Positions 1-14,414 are shown, counted from the stretch's first letter. The stretch: DNA of 64,000 nt from Antedon mediterranea (GCF_964355755.1 NC_092670.1:26150795-26214794), one strand, 5' to 3'. Notes: a model not told the origin generated them from the letters alone. Translations and numbers: made by a program.

Positions 1-2029
1 CCAATTAGCATATTTAAATTACCATATGATTTAACTATGATGTTATAAGATAGTTATTGGCATTATTCTAAGGGGAAAATATAGAAACCGAGGAAAAGAT
101 GTTTTAAATGTCATAAAAATAGTAGAACTTTTATCACGTCCAGGTTAAAATCAGTTCGCCCACCCTTCACAACATGCAATAGGATATTCCAGTTAATTTT
201 CTGCAACTACATCTTTTTATAAATGCAATCTCATATATATTTAAAAAAAAGAGATTCTTAAGTCTGTAATGAGTCTGGGGGTTTAATAATTCGACCCCAT
301 CCTAAATATGGAGTTGGTTCACAGTTTCCCATCCAAAGTACTTTACTGGCTTTTCTGTTGTTAATTTTGGACTGAAAAGTTCTTGCTTTGAATATAATTC
401 ATCACTCTTGTTTCTTTGCAAGTGCAGAGAGTTACAAAGATGTTGCAAATTTGCTTCTTAAGATGTTTTCTTTAACTCCCGATTATTCCACTACTGTTTG
501 GTAATTATTACCCATTGAGATATAAAAAATACGTAAAGCAATTTTTCCCCCAGACAGTAACCAAACATCTACTATAACACTAAGATTTAAGTGCGTGAAG
601 GAACGAATAATTCCACTTTAACAATACGAAAATACTCATGACAGCAACTTCAATTTCTAAGTTGGCACAGACAGTAGCTCATGGACAAGATTCTTTTTTA
701 TTGGAACTGTACACATTCGGATACATTCATGACAGCTACAACTTTATCCTGTTAGCTTCTGAATTTTCTTGATTATTAATACACACTCACTTGAGTGGAC
801 AATATCCATTTGCAAGCACAAAATCACTTATACTTCGTCAAAGTGACGATTAAATTCAAGATTATTTTTGTTTTTAAAGGTTATTCTGTATTTTGAAACC
901 ATTGATGTTTTAAAGGGCTTCTTTTCAAGATAATGGACTTCTTTTCGAGAATCTATTTGAATATCAAAAGAACAAAAGTTATTTATATCATACATTTATT
1001 TCCAGTTTAAATGGTAGTTTGATCACGATAAACAAAAAACACTCCATTTCATTTAGACTATTTTCTTTTACTCTTAAAACTTCTAGCGAAGGTAACATTC
1101 TCTTTAAAAAAAACTTAATACCATATGCCTGTGCATATAAACGATATTGGTCGTATTTGATGACAATGTCTCTAAAACCCTGTCTTAATGGTATGCTACT
1201 TTGATAATCTAAATAATTACACTGTACAATTAACCTTAAAATATTCACGATTTTACGAATTCTCCTTCTAAAACATGTCTATGTATAATTACAGCTAAAC
1301 TGGTGTATTTTAAAAAACTATCTTAAAATGTAATTGTTTTTCTCGATGCCATTAGTCGAACTAGGATTGCTAATTTCTGTATGTACTTCCAAACAGGGTA
1401 TTATAAGTCATAAAAGTTAACATTGTCCCACCAACAACTCGGTTACATAGAGTATCCTTTTCAACGAAAGCACTCGTTAGAGCATTACATGACATAAAAG
1501 AGGCACGGTAAACATCTTTTCTTTGCAAAATATATTGATATATGTCATCCATGTCTGACGACTCCACAAAAATGCAATGATGGATCGCCAAGTACGTTGG
1601 TCTTCAGTTATACTGTAACCCCATGGGCCTACTATAACATGCAATTTGAAAAAATAGTGCTTTTATTTGAAAGAATAGTGCTTTTACTAAACGAACTTGC
1701 TTTAGTTATTCCTCTTTAGGGTTAATCTGTGAGTTATAATACAATGTATTTGGAGTCCCCGGGTAAATTTACAGGATAGGCCTAGGACCCGGCAGCAATA
1801 TTGATTATTGAATCGTGGCCATATATCTACATAATCAGCCCATCAAACCTTTTGTGGCTTTTCACATGAATAAATTCTCTGGACGCCTGATCTATATCTA
1901 AAAAAGCAGCCCAAAGTGAAACTGCATTGCAATTGCAAACAGAGATTTTTCTTTTTTAAACGGTCATATATGATGAGGAGATCAAAATTTGAACAGTCAC
2001 TCATCCCAATGATATGCAAATTAGCTCAA

Positions 2030-2885
2030 ATATGCAAATTAGGGTGAAACTACAGAGTTACCATATCTCAAAAACTACTATTCAGAGAGAGTAGATTTTT
2101 TTTATTTATTTATTCAGAATGTATATATTTATATTTTCTCTAATGAAAAAATTTTATGAAAAAAATGACCAGACCCTTGACCCCATTTCTCAATGTTTGC
2201 ATACATAATTCGACTAAAATGTATGTAGAGACTTTGTTCTGCCCTCAAATTACTCAGATACAGGTTTCTAATAGCCAACATAGGACTGTAAATTTTAAAA
2301 TCACACCAGTATCATTCACCTCGAAAGTATGCAAATTATTAGTACAAGTTACATGAAATTATACAAATTAGGGGGTGAAATTACAGGTTCCTATATATCG
2401 AAAACCACTAAGGCTAGAGAGTTGATTTTTTCCAAAACTTGTTCAGTGTGTACATATTTATATTTGAAACATTTTACGAAAAAATGACCAAAAGTACAAC
2501 ATTTGACCCTCGACCCCATTTTACAATTTTTGCGGCATACATAATTTGACTAAAATGTCTGTAGAGACTTTTGGCCTTAAATGACTCAGATACAGGTTTA
2601 TATAGTCGGTATAGAACCGCTTTGTAATTTTCAAATCACATCTTTGTCACAACCTCGAAAGTATGCAAATTAGTAGTAAAAATTATATGAAAAATGCAAA
2701 TAAGTATAAATTACAGTATTCACATATCTCGAAAACCATTAATGCTAGACAGTCGATTTTTTCAAAGCCTTATTCAGAATGTGTATATTTATATTTGTTC
2801 TAATAAAAATTTTTTTTTTTTTAATTATCGGAAGTATGACTTTGTTTTGGCCTCAAATGACTCGGGTACTGGTTTTCTATAGCCA
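2030..2885. repeat. Degenerate tandem repeat, ~330-bp unit, ~2.5 copies
   Basis: A unit starting ATGCAAATTAGGG..GAAA.TACAG...CATATCTCGAAAACCA recurs at ~2031, ~2361 and ~2694, with shared GTAGAGACTTT..AAAT.ACTCAGATACAGGTTT blocks. Confidence 0.7.
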
Positions 2886-4373
2886 GTATGTTTCATTAGA
2901 GCAAATATAAATATGTACATTCTGGTTTTCGAGATATTAGTCTAGGACCTGAGTAAAATTTGTATGTATTTAATTTAGGAGAGAATAAATCGACTGTCAC
3001 AAAAAGTAAAATATATTGTTTTTTTGCTCAAAAAGTCATGATTTCTTTCGCGTGCATTGCTATCCTTGAAGAATATGGGTTTCACGCTTATGAAGATTTG
3101 GTCTTTTTGTTTAGTTGCTATTATGTCATCTTCTTTGTGATCGCTTTCAGTGTGGGTATCGATTTTGATTACGTCACCGGGTGTATTTTTGCTAGCTTGG
3201 TAGTTATGTAGGTGTGGCTTTGTTAGCTCCGTTGTTATGGTACTCATTCGCCATGATGATAGGCCTACTAATTTCAACTGGCTTAGACATTTTTGTATTT
3301 GGTTTTGGATGTTCTCTAGCGTACTCTTTTCTCTTTCAGAACACTTACTTGGTCTTACTGTAGTTATTATTCAGAATCCCGATATATAAAGTGATTTTTT
3401 AGAACTGAAGCTAGATTATCCTTTGTTAAGTCAAACCACAGCGCCCTCCAGCCATTTTATTGTCACATTATTATCACGTTATTCACTTTTACCAAAAATT
3501 GGATCAAACAAAAATTCTTTTACCTGAACCTGTAATTTAAAGCAAAAAATAGTCAAATTTAAATAGGCCAATGGGTTTTTGATTGAATTTTGGTTTAAAT
3601 TTAAAATAAAAATTTATAAAATATTATTTTTCCGGTTTTTTTTCCTAAGGAAGTGATTAAGTTTAATAAAACTACAAAATGGCCTATTCAAAGTCTGATT
3701 TTATTGATCTTTATTTTTCCAGTTTTTGGGGGACAATACATCTTTAATTTCCTCTACATGTTCCACCATGGGGTGACTGTGGTTCAAATACTTTGTGTCT
3801 GAACCCTACTTAGACAGGTCCTGGCTATGGCACTGTTAAATATAGTATATCTCTTCCTGTTTTCTGTAAAACAACAGATAAAATAAATGAGTGGGTTTAC
3901 TTGAATTTTGTTGAAAACACAGCCCCTGTGTTTTTACAAATAGTTTCTTATTATTCTGCAATTTCCAGCAATTTACAGAGTCTTATGTAATTCACAAAGA
4001 AATCAATTCTATTTTTGTAAAAGTACAAATACCTGTACTGTTAGTTGATATTTGTAGATTCTTATGTAAATGCAAAAGAAAAACTAAATTAGAGATTTAT
4101 ATATAGTTTTATAGAAATTATCAGCCCTGTATTTTTACCGCTATTTTTTACAGAGTAAGGAAACTAATTAGTTTGGATTGAACTAATAATATCATGTGGT
4201 AATAAAAGTGGTAAAGTGTTTTTCCCAATTAAACCTAGTATTTTACATTGTGAAATTTTATTTAATTAGCATAAAATTGTAGCGATACAAATATATTCAT
4301 TATAATTTACTAATTACTACTACTAAATATTTACATTGAATTAACTCTTCATTCTCTCGATGTCACAATAATT

Positions 4374-7300
4374 CTAGATCTTATTATCCGTTTCCTTTGT
4401 AGTAACATTATGATACACTTTCAAGACACTTTCATGATCTTCCAAAGCTTCTATTAATCGTGATATTTTCTTAAAGTTATTATCATCTACGATTAGTGGA
4501 CTTTCTGCTATATAATCAATAGTTGTTGATTCTGGTGGATATTTCAATGAAATTAGATTATTGCCAACTTCGCGCATATCTTTTGGATCACAGTAAAACT
4601 GAAAGTAAAAAAAGATATTATTGTATACAATAGAAATGACAACAAAACAAATAATACAAATCAATGGTAATGATTAAGTGTTTTTTTCTCTCTTCAAATA
4701 TACATAACAAAATAAAGCTTTAAAATACAGCCTGCCATATATTTGTTGATCATAAAATCCTCTATTATCATTTCTCAATGATTTGTTTTGACAATAACTT
4801 AACAATCCAACTAGTGTTTTCGAGGGAGAAAGTAAGATTACAAAACACAGAATTTTATACAATGTTTTAATTTACCATTACTGAAATCTTATCATCTCGA
4901 ATGATTTCTATATTTTCTGATCCAACTTCTATGGCTACATCCATTGCATCCTCCTCAGATAATAATTGTGTAGGCACTCTTAGAATTCCTTTCCTTAAAA
5001 ATATCTGAAGAGCACTTCCAGAATCTAACATACTACCACTAAATTGAAACAGATATTTCTTAATTAACAAAATTACATCATTAAAAGTGAAAGTGGTCTT
5101 TTCTCAACTTAAAACACTGCAACTCACCCATGTTTGTTTAGAATCTTGGACAACTCTGATTTTGATTTTGACAGCTGTTCTGCAGACATATCAATAACAA
5201 AGAGACTCCCGATTGGACCTTTAGCCTCCAATATGTACCTATTACTCTTTGATTTTACCTAGGAAAAATCATAATTAGTGTACTGCAATGTTTTAAAAAA
5301 CTACTAATAGAGCAGAATAGATTTATTATAACAATAATAACTAGAGGTCACTCTTTAGCATGGAGGTAAATACCTCCATGCTCTAAGAGTGCATACTGTA
5401 ATTACACCTACAGTATGATTACCCTACATAAAATTTCCCTCAGAAAATATTGAAAACAAATTGTTGGTGCGTGTGATTAGGCGAATTGCACTAAAGCATT
5501 GTGAATGCGAGTTTGGTGTAATATAGTTATGTATAGCACATACAGTACACCATATCCAAGTAGCCTAACTACTGCCATTTAGTATCTAGGTAGGCTCCCT
5601 AGGCTAGCCCTAATATAGGCTAGTAGAAGGTATGGTTGTCTCTCTTGCCGGTCATCATCGTCTTCGGGCGAGGGTCTGTTTATGATTTCACACTCAGAAT
5701 CTCTGTCGTCCTTCCTAACCGTCCTGTTTCGTAAAGTCCCTAATAAAACAGGGAATCTTTCAGGTCGATTCGTTATCACCTCTTTTGTTATACTTAAGTA
5801 GGCTATAAATTTAACAAAAACTCAATGCCAATTAACCATCTATTTATTCAGGGCCGTAGCCAGCATGAGGAAGACGAGGCACTCGCCTCATCTGAAATTT
5901 TTTATTTTCACCTGAACATTGCTGAGCTGTATATGAACATTTTATATGATTATGACTTTTAATTTGGGAACTTTGAAGAATCTTACTTTGACTTTTGTAT
6001 ATTTCATTATGTTTGCCGATCTATTGATTTGCGTTAATTTCCTTTTTTGTTTCGTTTTAAGATGTTTGTAGTTAAGTTTGTTTTCTCAATACATTTTTTG
6101 GCTCAGTGACTCGTTGGTTTCGAAGACATAGCTTCGAATTGATGAGCGGGTGAATCTAACATGGTGGGACCAAACCCCATTAGTCACACAGGCTATTCAC
6201 CCCTTTAATGAGTTATCCGTCAAGTATGGATAACTATTATTTGTACCACTACACTCATAAACATTCATTATTTGTATAATAGCGGATAACTCATTTAATT
6301 GTCCCGTTTCTTTTTTTGTATCATTACATGAATATAAAACATTCATTGTTTGTTTTATGTAACATCTAAATAGATTCCTGTCATTTGAATCAAATAAAAG
6401 GTAGGCTCAGCCAAGACCTACATTTGATTCACATTGATTAAAACAGTAACATTTGGTTTTTAATAATATTACATTAAATGTTATATTTATATGGATTTAG
6501 CCGAACGAAGAAAAGCAACAGGGATGTAGGAGGCAAGAATATCAAGAAGATTGTAAAGGTAGCGCTTTAAATGTTAGTAAAATGATCTTAAGTATGTATA
6601 CTACACTGACTGTATTGTAAACATTCTTACGCATTGTTACTTTTATTTACTATAACCTTGAGTTTTCTAAATTCATGAAAATAATGGAAAAAAAAAGAAG
6701 TAATATGTCAATATATATGTATTTGTAATAATTATGATGAACGAATAAATGTGGTAGATTTAACACCACAAAAGAGAGAAAAAAAAATGATTTTATATTT
6801 TATACAGGAGTCAATAGGTAGCCAATGGAGGTATGTGTGTAGATCTTCTGGTGTTAGAATGCATGCAGCAGTGTTCTGGAGACGTTAAAGTCGATTCATC
6901 AAAGATTTCGATAGGGCAAAGAAAAGAGAGTTGCAATAGTCAAGGTCACTGAGGCATCTCTTTACATGTTTGAAATCATAATTATTTATAGGAATATAGT
7001 AATCTAGCTTAAACATCATAATGGTTACGCAAAAACTGTAATGGTTGGCATCTCTGCATATGTAATATGTATTGTATTATTTTTTTTTGCCATTCATGTC
7101 AAGTTTGAGGTCGATGACTTGAGATTTCCCAATTATGAGCACGCCCCAATCTCATTCCACTGATTCCATGCCCACTCTCGAAAATCATGTTTTTCGGCCT
7201 AAACTCGGATTGACATAATGTGATCTCAACATTTTTTTTTCAAGTACATGTTCAATCTTATATTGTAATTCATCTACTGTATTAAAACTTACTGTATTGG

Positions 7301-9079
7301 TTAAAGCATTTTCAATGGTTGCTTTTGGTACTCCTTTATCCTTAGCCAATTTGATGGCTTGCATAAGAGCTGTATTTACATCTGGGTTTGTGCCACCATC
7401 TGAAATTATATATTTTCTTCAATTATTAAAGGAAAACCAGTGACACATACAATTTTTAGTAAATAAATATATATAAAAAATTTATATAAAATTTAAATAA
7501 AATGTTATGACAACAAAGATTGACATTTCGTAAACATTCTCAAGAGTAAAATTAACTATACAAAATATAAAACACCAAAGTGTGACAGGAAATACTTTAA
7601 AAAATAGTAGGAAAGACTGAAAAGATAGGCTCCTCCTCTCGGTAATTATTAAACAATTTTGCTTTGATTTTTGTCAATTTCTATGCACTTTTTGAGCTAC
7701 AGCTGATGGCCTAATAAGGAAGAATGCCGATCACACAATCAGCACCGTAAAAAAACCAGTTGCCTCTTTGATTGAGTCATTTTGTTAAAGAGGTTTTTTC
7801 AACTCACAATCCAAAGCATTTCATTAATTAAGCAATCAAATTTAGATTTACAATATTAGGCAATACTAAATAATTGACTGTATCGGTAAGACAAATATCA
7901 TGATTTATTAGATGTTGTCCTATGATACCTTTGTTGTGTTCATTAATACATTGATAAAGGTGCAGAGTATAGCCGAGAATTGTACACAATGCATTTGTGG
8001 TTAACAAGCTTGGGTTTGGGAGGATTCGGCCCGGGACTATTCGGCCCAGGACGATTCGGCCCCGAGACGATTCGGCCCCGAGACGATTCGGCCCCGAGAC
8101 GATTTGGCACACTTAAATTTATCAGCTTTGATATGCATTTAATAAGCATAAAATAAGCTTTTTTGCTCAAACTTTATTTTCAGATAGACAATGGGGTAGT
8201 ACTACTAGGAATAAAGATGCAATAAAGCAAATATTTTGAAAACATTGTCGAAAATAATATTTTTTTAAATCACGCAAAAGATGTAAACAAGTTACACCCT
8301 CTGTTGGCCGCTTGGCGAATGCACGAAATAAACAAGGTTTTCAAAGTAATAAATTGAATATAATATAAAATTACATTTTTTAGTAATTTATTATATATAT
8401 TATATCAATATTGTCAATATCAATAAAATACGGATTCTTAAACACCTTTAAAAACTTGATAAATACCAACAAAAAATGAATATGAATTTGGTTTAAAGTG
8501 AGACGTTTCGGCCCCCAAAAGTGGACCGAATAGTCCCGGGCCGAATCGTCTCAGGACCGAATCGTCCTGGAACCTTCTTGCGAATGGTTCCGTAATGTTT
8601 CCGAAATATCTGATCTTTTTTTTCATTAAATTTTATTTTAAAGTTATACAGTTTATTTTACAACTCCCTGGTAAATATCTTTTAATTGGAAATTTATATA
8701 TTTATTAACACTAAAAGAATTAGATCACAAGTAGCTTCTTACCTCTAATTGCAATGCGTATTTGTTTAACAAATTTGGAAATTAGGTCTGCTCTTTCTTT
8801 ATCTTTTGGACCTTTGATGTGTCGCACTTTTGACCACTTATTATGCCCAGCATAATCAAATCTGCAGACATGTAAAGATCGAATTTGCAATATAGTATTT
8901 AATCTAATAGGTGCTAGACAGATTTCAGAGTTCCATTGTCTACTGTATTGTGTTGGGGTGGGCCATGAATTAACATAATGGAAACAATGACAGCACATTT
9001 TAGCTCTTAATCTTACGCGTTTTGTACATTTTGCTAAAATGTGCATCACTTTCAATGAATTCATTGCGTTCAGTAGCAT
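4374..9079 (-). CDS. TACO1: Translational activator of cytochrome c oxidase 1 (YebC/PmpR family), mitochondrial. Coding exons 9079-8743, 7399-7293, 5258-5128, 5038-4876, 4598-4374 (963 nt, 320 aa)
   Basis: Family motifs [27 protein letters not shown]...[29 protein letters not shown] and [17 protein letters not shown]. All four introns are GT-AG and phases join (337+107+131+163+225). The Arg-rich N-terminal extension fits a mitochondrial presequence. An acceptor AG at 9085-9084 implies an unlocated upstream non-coding exon. Confidence 0.93.
5340..5391. repeat. Short palindromic hairpin repeat
   Basis: CACTCTT-TAGCATGGAGGTA-AA-TACCTCCATGCT-CTAAGAGTG. The minus strand ends in CTAGTT, like the Helentron-type 3' end at 24929. 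Confidence 0.55.
8013..8594. mobile_element. Non-autonomous DNA element (MITE) with GACGATTCGGCCC subterminal repeats
   Basis: Tandem GACGATTCGGCCC units on the left and inverted GGCCGAATCGTC units ending GGAACC on the right. Collinear with the copy at 62687-63231; a fragment lies at ~10810-10920. Confidence 0.8.
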
Positions 9080-11224
9080 TGTTCTAAAAAAAAAAATACA
9101 CATAAAAACATTAGTAGAAAATCATAAGTGGAAAAGGCACTCTGGGAAGGTATAAAATTGGTCAGCAATAAGACATGAAAGAAACTGTTGGGCATCTAAA
9201 AACCTCCAAAAACTAATTTTGATAAACGACACGGTCCCTAGATAGCTGGAAATGGTACTCTCGCACCATTAAGATAAATGGCACCTCTAATTGGCACTAT
9301 AATGTTCTCTGATCATAGCCAAACATAAATACTGTAGGTAACCGCAACATTCCATTTTTTGATGTACATCGGAAGAAGGCTATATACAGGGGAAAATTTC
9401 ATTTTAAAATTTTGTTTAGCAATATTGCTAATCAAACTGATTTTTTAGTCGAGAAACATAGTTTTGTATTGTATTTTTTGCTACACAAATTTAAAAATCT
9501 GTAGCAAAATGGTTTTGTATAGCTTTTTGCTATGCTACACTGGCGAAATTATTCCCTGTATATATACTTTATGCATGGTGACTGCCAGTGATCTAAACAA
9601 TAGATACATGGTTGTCTGGCGGTGTAGTTTGTACGAATCATTCATGGTCTAGCTCGCTGTAGTGCGGTATTTGCATCAATATCATGTTATATCCAGGGAC
9701 CAAAAATGCGTATTTATTTTTCAGGTGAAAATTGGCAATTCATTTGCTACTCTTTGAAATTTACAGACACGTATCACGTACGCTCATACAGGGAAGAAGT
9801 TAGAGTTATTCATGAACAAGTTAACGATTTTTTCAATTTACGAATAACCTTTTGTACTTTGGGGCACATACAGTATTGGAGGATTTTCAGAGATGAGGTG
9901 AGGTTATTGGGCATGTCGGGGATGGGGGTTTGCAGTCGGTTAAGGGGGATTCATTGTAAAAGGGGATTCATTGTAAAAGGGGGTGCCATAAAATAAACCA
10001 TAACCACCCCCCCCCCCCCGGCTGGGGGACTGGGTTACATATTTTCCAAATAAAAAAAAACTAGGAACGAGGCAAAATAGTCAATACATTTTCATTACCA
10101 GAGCCATAATAAATTCTTTACCCCGGGGACGCTGTGGAAGCCAACACAATAACCAATTTAAATTAGTATTGGAAAAATACTGGACAAGCCAACGACCCTT
10201 ACATCAGATGCACGCAAGTAGTAATAAGGGGCAAACAAGCACCGCTTTAAGCGTCTACACCTAACTTTGCTGGCTCGTAATATTATTGCGGCTCGACCCA
10301 GAAGTATAATGCTATGTAAAATATACTTGTATTACATTTATACCAGTTTTACTACGTTTTTAGATGCCAATCATAATAACCGATATTATATAGGCAAAAC
10401 TACTGACCTAAAATCATAATATTATATGTAAAAACAGATGCGAAAAAATCACAGCTACCCAGCTTGCCCAGCTACCAAAGATTGTATAGGGCCTAGCGCC
10501 GCGCTATACAATCTTTGCAGCTACTATACTACAACACAACTACAGCACATGGTTTACGAAGAAGTCGGTCGCGTTTAAAATCAGTCGGGATAAAAATCAT
10601 CTTCCCGGTATTTTGTATGGCGCGCCGCTAGAGCTATAAAACTTTTGATGATCGGTCGGTCGCGTTTGAAATCGGTCGGTATGGAGCGCGGGATGCATAT
10701 CATGCGAGCAGGGTGGTATACATTTTCTTCGTTTATATAGATTTAATTGATATTTTTTAATTACTAGATTATTTATGTGGATAATTTTTTTTTATTTTAC
10801 AAGTCTCTTTTATATATTATATCAACATCAATCAATAAAATACGGATTAAAAAAAAAACTTTTAAAAATTTGATAAATACCAAAAAAAATTAAATATGAA
10901 TTTGGTCTAAACGTGAGACCAAAAGTCTCCAGTGAGGTAAAGTCGAAGGCTAGAGGGCGTACTCCAGACTGAAAAGTGATTCCAAGAGGAAAAACATTAT
11001 TTAATATTAATTATTTATTTAGTAATATAATACATTAAGACCACATAAATTACAACACATATTCTTGCCAAAGCACAGTGAAGTTTTTATAAAATGAAAT
11101 ATATTGTTAATCGCAATGGAATTAATAATTTCTTGTTATTAAATCTAACATTTTTTGTATACGATTTTTATATAGAATGCGTTCGCGTTATACGCTTAAC
11201 ACGCTGCGTTGCGTATCGTTGCGT

Positions 11225-11995
11225 ATAAATGACCTATCGAAAGTTGCAAACAAATGTAAAATAAGTATGTATGCTGACGATACTATAATTTATTGTTCTT
11301 CAAAAAATGAAAATGAAATATACCAAAGTATAAATGAAGAACTTATACAAATCGACGATTGGCTAAAAAATAATAAATTGAGTCTAAAAATGTCTCTAAA
11401 TCCGAGTTCATGTTGATCGACAAACCGATTGGCAACCACCAAAGAAAAAAATAGATCAGTTAATATAGATAACGATGTTGTACCACGCGTTCGATATTGC
11501 AAACATCTCGGTATCATAATAGACGAACATTTATCATGGAAAAATCAGATTGAATACATTCGAGGTAAAGCTCTAAATGGATTGGGTATGCTCAGACGAT
11601 GTAGCTATTATTTTCCACAAAACATATTAAAACATATTGCAAACTCTATTGTAATACCTTACTTGAGCTATTGTAACATAATTTGGGGAAATAGTAGTCA
11701 AACTCTAATGAAAAGAGTTCAAATTATCCAAAACAGCTCGAATCGTGTGTGGTCTGACATGGGACACACCTAGTAGTGAGGCACTAAGACAAATTAATTG
11801 GTCACCTTTATTTTATCAAGATAGATATGAATGTTGTATGGTTATATATAAGGTTTTGACAGATAATGCCCCACCTTACCTAAATAATGTATTTACATAC
11901 AATGATATAGGCCTAAATTATAATCTAAGGCACAGTGATACACATCTATTCATCCCGAAGCCAAAAACCGATTTAAACAAGAAATATTTCTTACA
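11225..11995 (+). mobile_element. Frameshifted LINE ORF2 fragment (RT C-terminal half, CR1/L2 group)
   Basis: INDL, MYADDT, WLKNNKLSL, KHLGIIIDEHLSWK, YLSYCNIIWG, PPYL and YNLR..IPKPKT are spread over three frames. Confidence 0.9.
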
Positions 11996-12531
11996 AAAAA
12001 CGCCGCGTAACTTTTTGACTGGACAGTTGTAAGAACAGTCTTCATTAATTTAATATAATAGGTCGGCCAATCAAAACGCAAGTGAACAATTGGGACTTTA
12101 CTTGTGATTTATGTCATTGGACTTGTCAGCACAGTCGTTTCTTTCTAGAATTAAACGCACAAACTTGTAATAGGAATAATGTATGTTTATGTGGTTATTA
12201 CTATCGCATTTAGGTATTGATAATAATAATAATATGGCTTTTGAATATATAATTACTGTCTGTAGAATAACATTTATACATTTTCGGTTCGCGATGAAAA
12301 GTTATATGAATGGATTTGTAATATAGGTATTTATAATAATAGTATATGGGTTGTATTATTGCTAAGCTATCACCAAATCGCGTTATAACATTATTTCTCA
12401 GGGTTTTTTGCACCATTGATCAATACCAAACGCGCATCGGTATTATAGTTTTTAATGAATCGTTACATTAATAAAAATACCCAATTAAATCAATCGCGTC
12501 AGTCCAATTCCGACTTATGTTTCGATCACAT

Positions 12532-12688
12532 AGTTCTGTGTCTACACTGTCCCAACTAGTTTAACAAAAAAAAAGTGTGATGTGCCCAAATATGGTAGTG
12601 ATATGCCCGAATATCGTAGTGATATGACATCGTCATGTCTATATAATATGGGCACATCATATTTAGTTTGATAGTATAGACAGAGCTT
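12532..12688. mobile_element. Small palindromic MITE (PIF/Harbinger-like)
   Basis: Inverted ends TGTCTACACTGTC / GATAGTATAGACA, plus an internal inverted pair GATGTGCCCA / TGGGCACATC. Confidence 0.65.
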
Positions 12689-12704
12689 AAGGATTATATT
12701 TAAA

Positions 12705-13740
12705 AAAAGTTTTCTTACATTTTGAAAAAAAGTATTTATTTGTTTATAAGCCCAATTTTCCAGTCTTAATTTTACATTTTGAAAAAAAAGTATTTTATTT
12801 GTTGATAAGCCCAATTTTGCAGTCTTATTTTACATTTTAAACGAAAGTATTTATTTGTTGATAAGCCGAATTTTCCAGTTTAATAATAATGACCCCTTCC
12901 ACGTGCTTATACCATATACATTTTACATGATATTGACCGTGGGTTCTTTACGCCTCTGATGCATTTGTTTTTATTGTACCTTTTTAATAAATTATTATAT
13001 GTTTAGGCCTAATCACACCCAATTTAATGAAACGGTCAGATTCTGATTTCAATTGAACGAAAGTAGTACTGTATTTATTATTCATTGATAAGCCAAGGGT
13101 CCCATGGCGTTAGCCGATATCTTGAGCATTTAACCTGTAACACAAATCATTCTTCAAAATCTAAAGAAAGAACCTCACACGTCTTTTTTGTGAGTGATAC
13201 ACTATGGATATGCCCACGGAAATAATATGTGGACATTGCAAACAATCATAGGCCTACAGTAACAAACATAACATGGCTAATAAGCATAACATTCAGACTG
13301 GTTTGTTTTCTAGTGGATTTTTATTTACTTTAGCATGTAGAATAAAACTAGTAACAGTGGCTATATTAATAATTATACTGACTATCCTTGATGTTATCGC
13401 GTCTAATAATAAAATATTTTGTTGTTGATAAGCCCAAATGTTCAGCCTTGATTTTACATTTTGAACGAAAGTATTTATTTGTTGATAAGCCCAATTTTGC
13501 AGTCTTAATAATGACCCTTCCACAGTGCATTTTACATGATATTGACCGAGGGTTTTTACGCCTCTATAGCCACTGATCAATACCATAATTAATGTTCTTT
13601 TTTAAATGAATATTGAAATGTTTCAACATACCCAATTAAAAAAACGGTCCGTTTTCGAGTTCAATCTTTTGATTAGAGAGGTTGGAGTTTCATTTTGAAC
13701 GAAAGTATTTATTTGATTGATAAGCCAAATTTCTAGTCCT
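12705..13740. repeat. Degenerate ~60-bp tandem/dispersed repeat
   Basis: ACATTTTGAACGAAAGTATTTATTTGTTGATAAGCCCAATTTT.CAGTCTTA recurs about 7 times. Confidence 0.7.
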
Positions 13741-14053
13741 AATGATTTGAGATTCAATGGGTTTTGCTTTCAATTGTATAATAATATAATTATATATATA
13801 TATATATATATATAAATATAATATTAAGTATAATTATGAATTCACCAACACTTTCAGGCCCAATAACAATGATCCCGGGCCCGAGTTTTTGTAGACCGGA
13901 CTTCCATGCACAGCCACATGTTAAGGAATATGAATCTCTTTATGATTTTAATATGGTTCGAAATGATATTACACAACAACGATTAGACAGCAACTGTGCA
14001 AGAGTCCAACTAATCAAATCGGAAAGATCAATTAATTGAACATTTACAGCATA

Positions 14054-14414
14054 AGGCCCATACACTAGGACGATAACGATCGACGATAAATAGACAAATG
14101 TGCATTTTTAATACATAAACCAAAAGAAATATAAACAATTCCTTTGATGAAAATTATATTTTCACACGTCCAATCAAATGACGTCATGATTAGTAAGACC
14201 AATAATACCGTGACAATACAGCGATTTTATTGTTTTTATTTATCATGACGTCATTTGATTGAAATTTGAAAAACATTATTTTTATCAAAGACAGCATAAA
14301 TGATTATCCTATAGGTCTAGAACGAAAACCTTTCTAATTTCTTTTGGTTTATGTAAAAAAAATGCATGCTATATATTTATCGTCCGTCGTTATCGTCATA
14401 GTGTAATTGGGCCT
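14054..14414. mobile_element. PIF/Harbinger-like MITE
   Basis: TIR AGGCCCA.TACACTA.GACGATAACGA and its reverse complement at the right end; largely palindromic interior; T/A-rich trinucleotide flanks. Confidence 0.7.

Noticed and set aside
2975-3400. Minus-strand 100-aa ORF as an exon of another gene
   Set aside because: No recognisable family, adjacent frames are interrupted, and I found no partner exons. A decayed TE ORF cannot be excluded.
7700-7735. Further hammerhead-like strings (CTGATGGCCTAATAAGG.. here; CTGATGAGCTATAATAG.. at ~40004)
   Set aside because: The GAAA box and stems I/III are missing, so they are too decayed to call.
7828-8626. ORFs with repeated LGAESS/GPNRP peptides (also 63123-63392)
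   Set aside because: They are translations of MITE subterminal repeats.
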